This document shows, piece by piece, positions 9,037 to 18,118 of a DNA stretch of 64,000 nucleotides; position 1 is the first letter of the stretch, and each line of letters opens with the position of its first letter. Under the pieces are notes generated by a model. The model did no database searches. It had not been told where the DNA came from and was given only the letters and a program-made list of their open reading frames with translations. Source of the DNA: an uncultured archaeon (GTDB lineage Archaea; Thermoproteota; Nitrososphaeria; Nitrososphaerales; Gagatemarchaeaceae); contig CAWFOU010000001.1 in NCBI GenBank assembly GCA_963817525.1, forward strand, positions 800,001 through 864,000. Reading direction: 5' to 3'. Both the position numbers and the translations under genes were made by a program.

Positions 9037-9750
9037 TCAGGCCAGCCGGACGACCAGTTGCTCCAGCTCAGGTAGCGAGCCGAGGACATAGTCCGCCCCG
9101 AGTCTGCCGAGCGCCTCGGAGTCGTACCTTGCCGAGGCGATCGAGGCGATCCTTATCCCCGCGCCCCTCGTCGCGATGATGTCGGTGGGGCTGTCGCCCA
9201 CGTAGAGCACCTCGCCCTTTCCCAGGCCTAGGGCCTTGAGCGCCGTGGTTATCCCCTCGGGGCGGGGCTTCATCGCGGGGAGGTCGTCCCTCGTGAAGGT
9301 GCGCGCGAAGTACCTCTCGAAGCGCAGGTTCTTCATCGCGTAGCTGCTCGCCGCCCTCCCGCTGTTGGTCAGGAGGGCGAGGGTGATGGGCACCCTCCCC
9401 TCACCGCCGAGCCTGGAGAGCATGGCCTCCGCACCCGGTAGGAGCTGAGAGTGACGGATCCACCCGACCTCGAGCGCGTCGAGGGCCTGGAAGGTGCGCC
9501 TCTTGACGCTCTCATAGTCGGCTTTCACGAGGCCCCGCTCTATCTGGGCCTTTGCCAGGTCGAGGATGTCCTGGACGTAGAGCCCCTTGGAGTTGGCGTC
9601 GATGAGGTCCATCCTAAAGCCGCTCCGAGTGAGCTCCTGGGCGATCTCCCTCCTGAATGCCGAGCCGTCGACGTGGAGCGAGATGAGGGTCCCGTCCAGG
9701 TCGAAGATTATCCCCTTGAGCAATCGCGCACCCGTTGCCGACGGGGTCAT
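9037..9750 (-). CDS. HAD-superfamily hydrolase (phosphoglycolate phosphatase-like)
   Basis: FDLDGTL, LLTN, KP, YVGDSPTD. Confidence 0.9.
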   Translation of the reverse strand: MTPSATGARLLKGIIFDLDGTLISLHVDGSAFRREIAQELTRSGFRMDLIDANSKGLYVQDILDLAKAQIERGLVKADYESVKRRTFQALDALEVGWIRHSQLLPGAEAMLSRLGGEGRVPITLALLTNSGRAASSYAMKNLRFERYFARTFTRDDLPAMKPRPEGITTALKALGLGKGEVLYVGDSPTDIIATRGAGIRIASIASARYDSEALGRLGADYVLGSLPELEQLVVRLA

Positions 9751-9764
9751 TAGGTAAGCTTTGC

Positions 9765-9896
9765 TCAGATCTTGCCCTTCTCGAAAAGGATCAGGATGGC
9801 GAGCCCCGCCAGGCCGAGGGCGACCACCAGGATTACGAGGGGCTGCGAGACGTCAGACTGCGCGGTCAGCGGGGCGAGGGCTTGGATCGAGACCAT
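9765..9896 (-). CDS. 43-aa single-TM membrane peptide
   Basis: Not in track. ATG 9896 to TGA 9765: MVSIQALAPLTAQSDVSQPLVILVVALGLAGLAILILFEKGKI; AT-rich TATA-like box at about 9929-9939. Confidence 0.55.
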   Translation of the reverse strand: MVSIQALAPLTAQSDVSQPLVILVVALGLAGLAILILFEKGKI

Positions 9897-10070
9897 GCGT
9901 CCACTGATAGGCAAGGACGGACGGGCCACTTAAATATTTGCGGGCGCTCGTCTTCCCGCGCCTCGTCCTCATCCGCGCGACTTTATCCGGCCGCACACAG
10001 AACGGAACGCACAGCAAGGTAGAAATAACGAAAGGAGGGCGCGTCGCAAAGGGAAAATGGCGAGAGAGTT

Positions 10071-11522
10071 TTGCTTGAAGAATACAAAGAGCTAGCGGAC
10101 CTTTGCGTCCGGGATGCGCGGAGGCTGGGGGCAGACTACGCCGAGGCGCGTATACACGGCGGAAGGGGGGCAGGCTTCTTGCTGAAGAACGGCGAGCCCC
10201 AGCCCTCTATGATCGACGACAGCTTCGGGATCGCCGCGCGGGTGATAGTGGACGGCGCGATGGGCTTCGGGGCGACGAACCTTCTCTCCAGGGAGAGGGT
10301 GAAGGACCTCACCACATCCACGTTCAAGATGGCGAGGTCGTGTGCGCGCCTCGTGAAGGAGCCCATCGCGATGGGCGACTCGAAGACTGCGACGAGGAAG
10401 GTCAAAGTGCAGGAGAAGGAGGCCGTGGAGGGTGCTGACCCAGGCTGGCTAAAGTCGGTCTTGGTGGAGATCGACAAGAGGGTGGTCGAGGTCGCGGCGG
10501 GGGCGGGGGGAGTAAAGATACCCAACAGGATAATGGTCGCTTCGGCGGGGGCGGAGGAGAAGTACATAGTGACGAGCGACGGCTCGAAGGTAGAGAGCAG
10601 GGTGCCCCGCGTCCACTACTTCGGGATACTCACGGCGCTGAAGGGGGGCGAGGCCGCCCAGAGGATGATCCAGCAGGGCGAGACGGGCGGGCTGGAGATA
10701 GTCAAGAGGGTACGGCTCTTCGAGCTCGTCGAGGAGGAGGCGCAGACCCTGGTCGAGGTCCTCGACCATGCCGAGAAGGCGCCCACCGGGATAATGGACG
10801 TCGTCCTCTCACCGGAGCTGTCTGGGATCGCCGCCCACGAATCGGTGGGGCACCCGCAGGAGGCAGACAGGATCCTCGGGAGGGAAGGCGCGCAGGCAGG
10901 CGAGTCCTACCTGTCGAGTGACAGCCTGGGGATGAAGGTGGGTAGCGACGAGGCCTACGTGAGCGACGACCCCACGCTCGCGCACTCCAACGGGTTCAGC
11001 CCCGTCGACGACGAGGGGGTCGTGTCGGCGAAGAGGCGGCTGATAGTGGGCGGGAAGATAACGGAGTTCCTCCAGAACAGGAGCACGTCCTCCCTGCTGG
11101 GCGTGAAGAACAACGGGTCCTCACGGTCGGCGGCTTTCGACAGGGAGCCGATAATCAGGATGTCCAACACCTTCGTCGAGCCCGGCGACTACGCGACGAC
11201 GGAGGAGCTGCTCAAAGAAGTCAAGGACGGGATATACCTAAAGTCGTTCACGGAGTGGAACATCGACGACAAGCGCCTCAACCAGAGATACACGGGGCTG
11301 GAGGCCTACAGGATAAAGAACGGGGAGACGACGAGCCTCGTCAAGGCGCCCGTCCTGGAGATCACCACGCCGGCGCTATGGGGGAGCGTGAGAGGGAGGA
11401 GCAAGCGGCTCGAGTTCGAGGCGGCGAACTGCGGCAAGGGCGACCCGATGCAGGGGATACCCGTGTGGACTGGCGGTCCGGACACGCTGCTCGCCGGCGT
11501 GAGGATAGTGGGCGGGAGCTGA
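10071..11522 (+). CDS. tldD: TldD metalloprotease subunit
   Basis: HESVGHPQEAD (HExxxH), DDEG, RMSNT, CGKGDPMQ..PV..GGP. Confidence 0.92.
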   Translation: MLEEYKELADLCVRDARRLGADYAEARIHGGRGAGFLLKNGEPQPSMIDDSFGIAARVIVDGAMGFGATNLLSRERVKDLTTSTFKMARSCARLVKEPIAMGDSKTATRKVKVQEKEAVEGADPGWLKSVLVEIDKRVVEVAAGAGGVKIPNRIMVASAGAEEKYIVTSDGSKVESRVPRVHYFGILTALKGGEAAQRMIQQGETGGLEIVKRVRLFELVEEEAQTLVEVLDHAEKAPTGIMDVVLSPELSGIAAHESVGHPQEADRILGREGAQAGESYLSSDSLGMKVGSDEAYVSDDPTLAHSNGFSPVDDEGVVSAKRRLIVGGKITEFLQNRSTSSLLGVKNNGSSRSAAFDREPIIRMSNTFVEPGDYATTEELLKEVKDGIYLKSFTEWNIDDKRLNQRYTGLEAYRIKNGETTSLVKAPVLEITTPALWGSVRGRSKRLEFEAANCGKGDPMQGIPVWTGGPDTLLAGVRIVGGS

Positions 11523-12898
11523 TGGGTATGGCGAAGATGATGGGCCCTGACGAGTCGAACGAATTCGGAGTGGGGGTCGCGAAGAAGCTCGGCGTCGACG
11601 AGGCGATACTCATGACGGTGATCTCCAGCGAGCGGATGGCGAGGTTCGCGAACAGCTCGGTGACGGTAGCCAAGAACGTCAAGGAGAGCGGGCAGGTGGT
11701 GTACCTCGCGAAGGGAGGGAGGCGGATAATCGGGAGCTCGTCGAACCCGGAGAGGGCGAGCCTTAAGGGGTTCATCGAGCTGCTCTACAAGAGCATGATG
11801 AGCCTCCCGAAGGACCCTGGCTTCGTCCCGCTGCCTCCGCAAGGGCGCGCGTACAGGCCCAAGCCCAGCCACGACAAGAAGCTGGAGGAGGCGGAGGGGC
11901 TGCTGGCCGACTACGTCGAAGACGCCGTCAGCGCCGCGGAGTCGTCCGGCGCGAGGAGGACGGCGGGCAGCCTAGAGGCCGGGGTCGCGTCCCACCACAT
12001 CATGACCACCACGGGGACGGTGGGGAGAGACACCAGCTCTAGCATACTCCTCAACATCAGGGCGTTCACCGACCGGGACGCGAGCGGGCACGGGCTCTCG
12101 TGCTCCGCGACCGTGCGGGGGTTCCGCCCCGCCGAGGCCGGGGAGAGGGCGGGGACCCACTCGAAGAGGATGCGCAACGCGAGGCAGCTCAATGAGGAGG
12201 GGAAGGAGTACCAGGTCCTGATGAGCCCGACGGTGGCCTCGAACCTCCTCGGGCTGGTGGGAGACTTCGCCTCGGCGTTCTCGATAGAAGCGGGGACGTC
12301 ATACCTTGTCGACAAGCTCGGGAAGAAGGTTGCCTCTGAGGCGCTCGACGTGACGGACGTGAGCAAGGGCGGGGGGTGCCTGAACGTCCGCGCGTTCGAC
12401 GACGAGGGTCAGCCCACGCAGTCGACGCCCATCATAGAGGCCGGAGTGCTGAAGAGCTACCTGCACAACCTCTCGACCGCGAAGAGGTTCAAGACGAAGA
12501 GCACCGGGAACGCGGGGCTCATCGAGCCCGGTCCCTGGAACCTGGAGATAGGCGCGGGGGACTCGACCTACGACGAGATGGTGAAGGAGATGAAGCGCGG
12601 CCTCGTCCTCACGAGCAACTGGTACACCCGCTTCAAGAACTACAGGACAGGGGAGTTCTCCACAGTGCCGCGGGACGGGACGTACCTCGTAGAGTCCGGG
12701 GAGGTAAGGGCCCCGATAAAGGGGATCAGGGTAAGCGACAGCCTCGAGAGGATGACCTCCTCGATACGCCTCCTCTCGAAGGAGAGGGAGTGGGTGCAGT
12801 GGTGGGAGGTCGACACGCCTACCCTCTGCCCTTGGGTCCTGGTGGACGGGGTGACGGTCACCAAGGCGTACGGGGAGAGCCCCCCTCAGGGCAGCTAG
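11522..12898 (+). CDS. pmbA: PmbA/TldE subunit
   Basis: Start overlaps tldD stop; RFANS, FDDEG, STGNAG, GEFST.PRDG; no HExxH. Confidence 0.88.
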   Translation: MGMAKMMGPDESNEFGVGVAKKLGVDEAILMTVISSERMARFANSSVTVAKNVKESGQVVYLAKGGRRIIGSSSNPERASLKGFIELLYKSMMSLPKDPGFVPLPPQGRAYRPKPSHDKKLEEAEGLLADYVEDAVSAAESSGARRTAGSLEAGVASHHIMTTTGTVGRDTSSSILLNIRAFTDRDASGHGLSCSATVRGFRPAEAGERAGTHSKRMRNARQLNEEGKEYQVLMSPTVASNLLGLVGDFASAFSIEAGTSYLVDKLGKKVASEALDVTDVSKGGGCLNVRAFDDEGQPTQSTPIIEAGVLKSYLHNLSTAKRFKTKSTGNAGLIEPGPWNLEIGAGDSTYDEMVKEMKRGLVLTSNWYTRFKNYRTGEFSTVPRDGTYLVESGEVRAPIKGIRVSDSLERMTSSIRLLSKEREWVQWWEVDTPTLCPWVLVDGVTVTKAYGESPPQGS

Positions 12899-12955
12899 AG
12901 CGAGCGTCGAACCGAAGGTGTCCGCGTAGACACGACTACCAGGAAGAACCAGCTC

Positions 12956-13468
12956 AAGGGTCTCTGGCCCTCCATCGAGCGGCAGTTCTCGAGGCAGGGC
13001 TCTAGGCTCATGGTAGTGAGGAAAATGCTCGAGTACGGGATAAGGGTGTCCGACGAAGGGAAGCTCTTCGTGGGAGGGATGGAGGTCGACTACTCGGCGC
13101 TGGCAAGAGACGCCCACACGGACAGACGCGTGGTAAAGCAGACCGCGGAGCAGATAAAGGGCGACCCCTTCCTCTTCTCGATATTCTCGGGGTTCGCGCC
13201 CGTGGGCGCGAGCCTCCTGCACGTGGTCTCGAGCATAGGCTGCTCCGCGATAATCATCGAGGCGGACCCCCGAGCGGCGGGGATCATCTCGAAGGTCACG
13301 GGGGTGCTCGCCGAGCACGGGATAGTGGTGAGGCAGGCGCTAGCGGACGACCCGGACATGGTCAAGGACGCCCACCTCACGCTGATAGTCGAGGGGGCGG
13401 TGGGCGGGAGCGTGATCGGGGAGCTCGAGGAGCTCGAGATGGTCCGCGGGATCACGGTCAGGAAGTGA
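12956..13468 (+). CDS. ACT-domain regulator of amino acid metabolism (archaeal family); start uncertain
   Basis: LARDAHTDRRVVKQT HTH-like motif plus ACT domain (GIISKVTGVLAEHGIVVRQ). Family-like LWPSIERQF lies upstream of the first ATG (13010). Confidence 0.8.
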   Translation, partial: KGLWPSIERQFSRQGSRLMVVRKMLEYGIRVSDEGKLFVGGMEVDYSALARDAHTDRRVVKQTAEQIKGDPFLFSIFSGFAPVGASLLHVVSSIGCSAIIIEADPRAAGIISKVTGVLAEHGIVVRQALADDPDMVKDAHLTLIVEGAVGGSVIGELEELEMVRGITVRK

Positions 13469-13472
13469 CCGC

Positions 13473-14042
13473 CTACTTCTCGAGCATCCGGGAGAAGGTC
13501 CAAGAGACGGTGTTGAGGATCTCGGTCATCCTCTCCTTCTCGCGGTAGTTCTCGACCACGAGCGCTGAGATCTTCCCACCCTTCTCGGAGACGCTGTACC
13601 TGAGCTCCTCTCCCTTTTTCAGGCGCCCCTTTGAGACCGAGTCCTCGTCGGCCGTCTTCATCCCGGAGAGTATCTTTCCGAGGAGGAACGACCTGAACGG
13701 GGGCGTCTCCGCCTTGAGCGTGACCTCTGCGACGGGCTCGATCTTCAGCTTCTGCCTCGTGACCTGGGCGACGGCGATGGTCTCGCCGCCCCTGTCCTTC
13801 TTCAGCTCCCGGATCTCCGGGATGGGCTCGCCGGTAAGCTCGTTCTCCTCCCCCGTCGGGGCGCGCGGTCCCGCCGCCGCGAGGGCCGCCGCGGGCTTGA
13901 AGCTCGAGGCCCTGAGCGCCGAGTCTACCACGGAGAGGGCCTCCTTCAGCCTGTCGACCTCCTCCTGCAGCTGTCCTATCCGCGTCTCGATCCAGAGCTT
14001 CAGGTCGGCGTTGCGCCTTAGCTCGTCGTCGCTGGCCGCCAT
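13473..14042 (-). CDS. Hypothetical protein with N-terminal coiled coil
   Basis: Host-like codon usage; coiled coil followed by SSFKPA and C-terminal WTFSRMLEK. Confidence 0.8.
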   Translation of the reverse strand: MAASDDELRRNADLKLWIETRIGQLQEEVDRLKEALSVVDSALRASSFKPAAALAAAGPRAPTGEENELTGEPIPEIRELKKDRGGETIAVAQVTRQKLKIEPVAEVTLKAETPPFRSFLLGKILSGMKTADEDSVSKGRLKKGEELRYSVSEKGGKISALVVENYREKERMTEILNTVSWTFSRMLEK

Positions 14043-14068
14043 TGCGCGGCCCCGCCCACCGGGCAGGC

Positions 14069-14290
14069 TTAAAAATTTCGGTTCCTCTGCCTTTGCATTA
14101 GTGTCGTCTTCAAGGATTCGAGTTCCTGCCTTAGCTCCTTGTTCTCCGACTCGAGCTTCGCTACCCGCCCCTCAGGCTCGGCGCGCCTCTTCTTGTGCCG
14201 TTCAAGCTCGCTCGCCGGAGCATCGTACCCAGAGGCGTTCCCTTCCGGCATCTGGAGGACGGACGATTTCATTCGCCGAAACGGCCGCAT
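14069..14290 (-). pseudogene. Short coiled-coil ORF, possibly a gene remnant at the island edge
   Basis: RVAKLESENKELRQELESLK; lower GC; no recognisable N-terminal domain. Confidence 0.3.
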
Positions 14291-14411
14291 GTCGAGAAAT
14301 CCCTTCGGTCAGGTCGATTCAACTTCAGAAAGGTAAGCGTGTAACGACCCAGATGATTGTTATGTTTCTATCTGAGGCTTGGCTTAACAGCCTCGAATAC
14401 AAATCCTATGG

Positions 14412-15488
14412 GTGCGTGGTTTAACAAGGATTAGGACCGGGACGGCAGCTGCCTTAGTGGTGATGTTCCTCGTCCTGGGCGTCGCGGCCATCCACCCGGT
14501 CGCGGCCATCCACATGGTGGCGATGGACAACACTACGTCTACCTCAACTTCTGCTCCCCCTACGTCTACTACCTCTACGTCTACCTCTACCTCCACGTCT
14601 AGCTCTACGTCCTCTACGTCCACGTCTAGCTCTACGTCCTCTACGTCCACGTCTAGCTCTACGTCTAGCACCTCTACGTCTACCTCAACGTCTACGTCTA
14701 GCTCTACGTCTACCTCAACGTCTACGTCTAGCTCTACGTCTAGCTCTACGTCCACGTCTAGCTCTACGTCTAGCACCTCTACGTCTACCTCAACGTCTAC
14801 GTCTAGCTCTACGTCTAGCACCTCTACGTCTAGCTCTACGTCCACGTCTAGCTCTACGTCCACGTCTAGCTCTACGTCTAGCACCTCTACGTCTACTGCG
14901 TCTACCTCTACCTCAACGTCTGCTTCCTCTACCTCTACGTCCTCTACCTCAACGTCCACCTCTAGGTCCGCTACAACACCTCCTACTACTAGCACAACCT
15001 CCAGCTCAACGTCTACCTCTGCTACGACACCTCCTACTATTACTAGCACAACCTCCAGCTCAACGAAGACAATTACTTCGACCACCACCGCTACAGTGAC
15101 CGCGACCTCTACCTTAGTAGCGCCACCTGTGACGACTACATCGACGACGACGGCGCCTGCGGTGACCCTGACCCAGACGGTGACCTCCACTGGCGTGTTG
15201 ACGCTCGACGCTCCTGACGGGCCTCCTTCTACTGTGACCACCACGGTCACTGGGGCGGATCAGACCGTCACCACCACACAGACTGTGTCTCCAGCCCTAT
15301 CATCTGACAGTCCCTCGTCGACCGCGGTGAGCTCGCTGACGTCCACCTCGGCACCGGGCGCCTCAAGTGGACAGCCTTCACAGGCAGTCATCGGCGCCAC
15401 CCTCGCGGTCTTCGCCGTCATCGCTGTGGGGGGCGCGGCCTACTCGATTGGCAAGAGGGACGCTCTTTTCAACAGCGGGGGCGGTTGA
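14412..15488 (+). CDS. Mucin-like Ser/Thr-rich surface protein
   Basis: Signal peptide, about 150 aa almost pure Ser/Thr, Thr/Val-rich stalk, C-terminal TM plus KR. Confidence 0.8.
   Translation: MRGLTRIRTGTAAALVVMFLVLGVAAIHPVAAIHMVAMDNTTSTSTSAPPTSTTSTSTSTSTSSSTSSTSTSSSTSSTSTSSSTSSTSTSTSTSTSSSTSTSTSTSSSTSSSTSTSSSTSSTSTSTSTSTSSSTSSTSTSSSTSTSSSTSTSSSTSSTSTSTASTSTSTSASSTSTSSTSTSTSRSATTPPTTSTTSSSTSTSATTPPTITSTTSSSTKTITSTTTATVTATSTLVAPPVTTTSTTTAPAVTLTQTVTSTGVLTLDAPDGPPSTVTTTVTGADQTVTTTQTVSPALSSDSPSSTAVSSLTSTSAPGASSGQPSQAVIGATLAVFAVIAVGGAAYSIGKRDALFNSGGG
14533..14962 (+). repeat. Intragenic minisatellite of 6/12/18-nt units (TCTAGCTCTACG, TCTACG, TCTACC)
   Basis: Directly visible tandem units with higher-order duplications. 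Confidence 0.95.
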
Positions 15489-15849
15489 GCCGATGGCATC
15501 AGACAGATCCACCTGGTATCCCGGTCGGCCCACAGAAGATACCAAAGACCGACCTCATCAACGCGCTCTAGGACATCCACGAGAGAACAGAGATGCGGTA
15601 TGGGCAGATAGTCAATAACGCGCTTCAGCTAAGATATGGACGAAGGGCTGCGACTGCGGGAAAGACGAAGGCCCTCTCGAAGGTAATGATTGGTGCAAAT
15701 GATGGAATCGTAATGACGTTGCGTGCGACATCTTCGACACCCATGATGAGAAGTTCACCAAAGCCTTGGAGGGGTTCAGGAGGGCTCACCTGCATTCAGC
15801 TTCAGCCGTACCAATCCCTTTCGCAAGGGGAATGGTTAGCGAACTTCGT

Positions 15850-16200
15850 TCAGAGCGAGGATGGTTGTTTCGCCACGTAAAGAGGCAGGCGGAATACGCA
15901 GCTGCATGTGAGGGAGTGCCGGTCATGACCCTGTCACATAAGGACACGAGAGGGCACCACGATGGATTGTCCGAGATGCGGGGGAGAGGATGCAAGTGAC
16001 AGTCCGGGGCGATTATGAGCACCATCGCCAGTAGTGGCGCCGGACGTGCGAGAGACGGTACGACCGCGACCTTGTCGCCGTCCTTGACATTTCAAAAAAA
16101 GGGGGCGGTTGAGATTCGACCGTTCGAAACGGAATGAAGGCGAGGCAGAAGGAGCAATGAAGGGAAAGCTGGCACCGAGTGAAGAACTAGCAAGCCTCCG
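15850..16200 (+). pseudogene. tnpB: Degraded IS200/IS605-family TnpB C-terminal remnant
   Basis: Frameshifted fragments WLFRHVKRQAEYAAACEGVPV, TRG/TTMDCPRCG and DRDLVAVLDI (RuvC-III DRDxxAxxNI-like). Confidence 0.8.
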
Positions 16201-16306
16201 ATTAGGCGCCTCGAAACTGTGTCGCCGCGCGCGTAGGACACAGTAGAGGCAAAAAGTTGGCAGACGGGGCGGGCCGGCTCAAGCATTTATCTCGTGGCTA
16301 AACGGC

Positions 16307-17218
16307 GTGCGACAACCGTTGACCGCGAGCGCGCGCCTGGGGTCGCTGAGCGTCGGGGATGGGTTCCCGGTGCGGATAATGGCCGCGGTCAACGCCAGCC
16401 CGGAGTCGTTCTACAAGGGGTCGGTCGCCGGCAGCGCGAAGGCGGTTTCGAAGCGCGTGAGGCAAGCCGTGGAAGACGGGGCGGACGTCGTCGACATCGG
16501 CGGGGCGTCGACCGCCCCCTACCTCGAGGCCGCCGTCTCGGAGGGGGTCGAGCGGTCTCGCGTGCTCGCGGCTCTCGGCGCCGCGATGGAGGCGCTCGAA
16601 GGGCGGAGGACACCGATATCGGTCGACACCGTCCGCGCCTCGGTCGCCGACGCGGCGCTCAGGGGGGGCGCGTCCATCGTGAACGACGTCTCAGGCCTGA
16701 AGGACGACCCGCTCATGCCCAAGGTGGTGAAGGAGAGGGGCGCCTCGCTGCTCGCCATGGCCCACTCCAAGGTGACGTCCATGGCCGGGCCGATAGCGCG
16801 GGTGAGGAGCGCGCTGGGCGAGTCGCTCCGACTCGCCGAGAGGGCGGGGATAGAAGAGGACCGTTTAGTGCTCGACCCTGGGATAGGCTTCTTCAGGGAT
16901 CAAGCGGGCAGGATTGGCTCGCACCAGACGGTGATGCCCTGGTACGAGTGGGACTGCGAGGTGGTCGCGAACTTGAGGGCCCTGAGGGGGCTGGGGAGGC
17001 CTCTGGGCGTAGGCCTGTCCCGCAAGTCGTTCCTGGGGGAGATCCTCGGTCTCGACAAGCCAGAGGATAGGCTCGCGGGCTCTCTCGCGGTCACCGCGAT
17101 AGCGGTGATGAACGGGGCTCGCCTGGTGAGGACCCACGACGTCCGCGAGACCCGTCAGGCCGTCAGCGCCGCCGAGGCCGTGAAGGCAAGAGGTCCGCGA
17201 GGGAGCCGGGCCTCTTGA
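16307..17218 (+). CDS. folP: Dihydropteroate synthase
   Basis: IMAAVNASPESFY, GADVVDIGGAST, ISVDT, IVNDVSG, LDPGIGF, GLSRKSF, VRTHDV. Confidence 0.93.
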   Translation: MRQPLTASARLGSLSVGDGFPVRIMAAVNASPESFYKGSVAGSAKAVSKRVRQAVEDGADVVDIGGASTAPYLEAAVSEGVERSRVLAALGAAMEALEGRRTPISVDTVRASVADAALRGGASIVNDVSGLKDDPLMPKVVKERGASLLAMAHSKVTSMAGPIARVRSALGESLRLAERAGIEEDRLVLDPGIGFFRDQAGRIGSHQTVMPWYEWDCEVVANLRALRGLGRPLGVGLSRKSFLGEILGLDKPEDRLAGSLAVTAIAVMNGARLVRTHDVRETRQAVSAAEAVKARGPRGSRAS

Positions 17219-17687
17219 CCACCTTCTTGTCAGACGCCAGGCCGTCCAGCATCGCGGCCGCGCTCTTCTTGAGGACAGGGTGGACGAGCCTGGGCCTGAC
17301 CTCGGCGAGTGGCACCAGCACGAAAGCCCTCTCCGCAATCATAGGATGGGGGACCGTGAGCGTCGGACCCGAGAGGACCTCGTCGCCGTAGAAGAGGATG
17401 TCCAAGTCTATGGTTCGTGGGGCGTTCCTCCCGGCCTTCCGGTCCCGCCCCATCTTCTTTTCAATCCCACCCAGCCGCGCCAAGAGGCGCATGGGCTCAA
17501 GGTCAGTCTCGACGACCACCACGCCGTTGAGGAACCAGCCCTGGTCCTCGCGATACATCGGTTGGGTCTCGTAGACCGAGGACGCGGCCACGAGCGCCGC
17601 CCCGCGCGCGATCTCGGCAACGGCGCGGCGGAGGTTGTCCTCCCGGTCACCTAGGTTGGAGCCGAGCGCTATGACGGCTTCTACCAA
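17163..17687 (-). CDS. folK: 6-hydroxymethyl-7,8-dihydropterin pyrophosphokinase (bacterial type)
   Basis: IALGSNLGDR, SSVYETQP, FLNGV, PRTIDLDIL, LTVPHP, RAFVLVPLAE. Confidence 0.95.
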   Translation of the reverse strand: MVEAVIALGSNLGDREDNLRRAVAEIARGAALVAASSVYETQPMYREDQGWFLNGVVVVETDLEPMRLLARLGGIEKKMGRDRKAGRNAPRTIDLDILFYGDEVLSGPTLTVPHPMIAERAFVLVPLAEVRPRLVHPVLKKSAAAMLDGLASDKKVVKRPGSLADLLPSRPRRR

Positions 17688-17690
17688 GGG

Positions 17691-18044
17691 CTAGGCATCC
17701 CTTTGTCGCTCTATCTCGATCCCTATCGAGGGGTCAGCCGAGTACTTCTCCTTGCGCACCCTCACCGCGACTCGCTCCGCCCCGAGCCTGTCCAGCGCGA
17801 TGGAGGCGATGCCCTCCGCGAGGCTCTCGAGGAGCCGGAACTCGCCCTCCGAGACGAACTGCGAAAACATGCGCTTCGCCTCGCGATAATCGGCCGTGTC
17901 TTGGATCCTCCCGCTCGCCGCGGCGCGGCGCAGGTCGAGGAAGAGGTTGACATCCACGAGGACCTTCTGGCTCAGGCGCCTCTCCTCGTCCGTTACGCCG
18001 ATGCGGCAGTCGAGGCGGAGGCCCTCTATGAAAATCCTGTCCAT
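17691..18044 (-). CDS. folB: Dihydroneopterin aldolase (bacterial type)
   Basis: MDRIFIEGL..IGV..EER...Q, DTADY, F.LLESLAE, V.VRK, GIEIER. Confidence 0.93.
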   Translation of the reverse strand: MDRIFIEGLRLDCRIGVTDEERRLSQKVLVDVNLFLDLRRAAASGRIQDTADYREAKRMFSQFVSEGEFRLLESLAEGIASIALDRLGAERVAVRVRKEKYSADPSIGIEIERQRDA

Positions 18045-18118
18045 CGCGAAGTTTGGCATACCCGCGCGCCAAATGATAAGCGTTGGGCCTCTCGGCGCGA
18101 GGGGGCCTCGCTCTTCGT

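Noticed and set aside
14533-14962. Possible CRISPR array
   Set aside because: Short contiguous units with no unique spacers; coding; no cas genes.
14384-15250. 288-aa minus-strand ORF of VDVE/LDVE repeats
   Set aside because: Antisense shadow of the Ser/Thr repeat gene; the plus-strand product has the signal peptide and anchor.
15593-15850. Short ORFs in the lower-GC island
   Set aside because: No recognisable motifs on either strand; probably decayed sequence.
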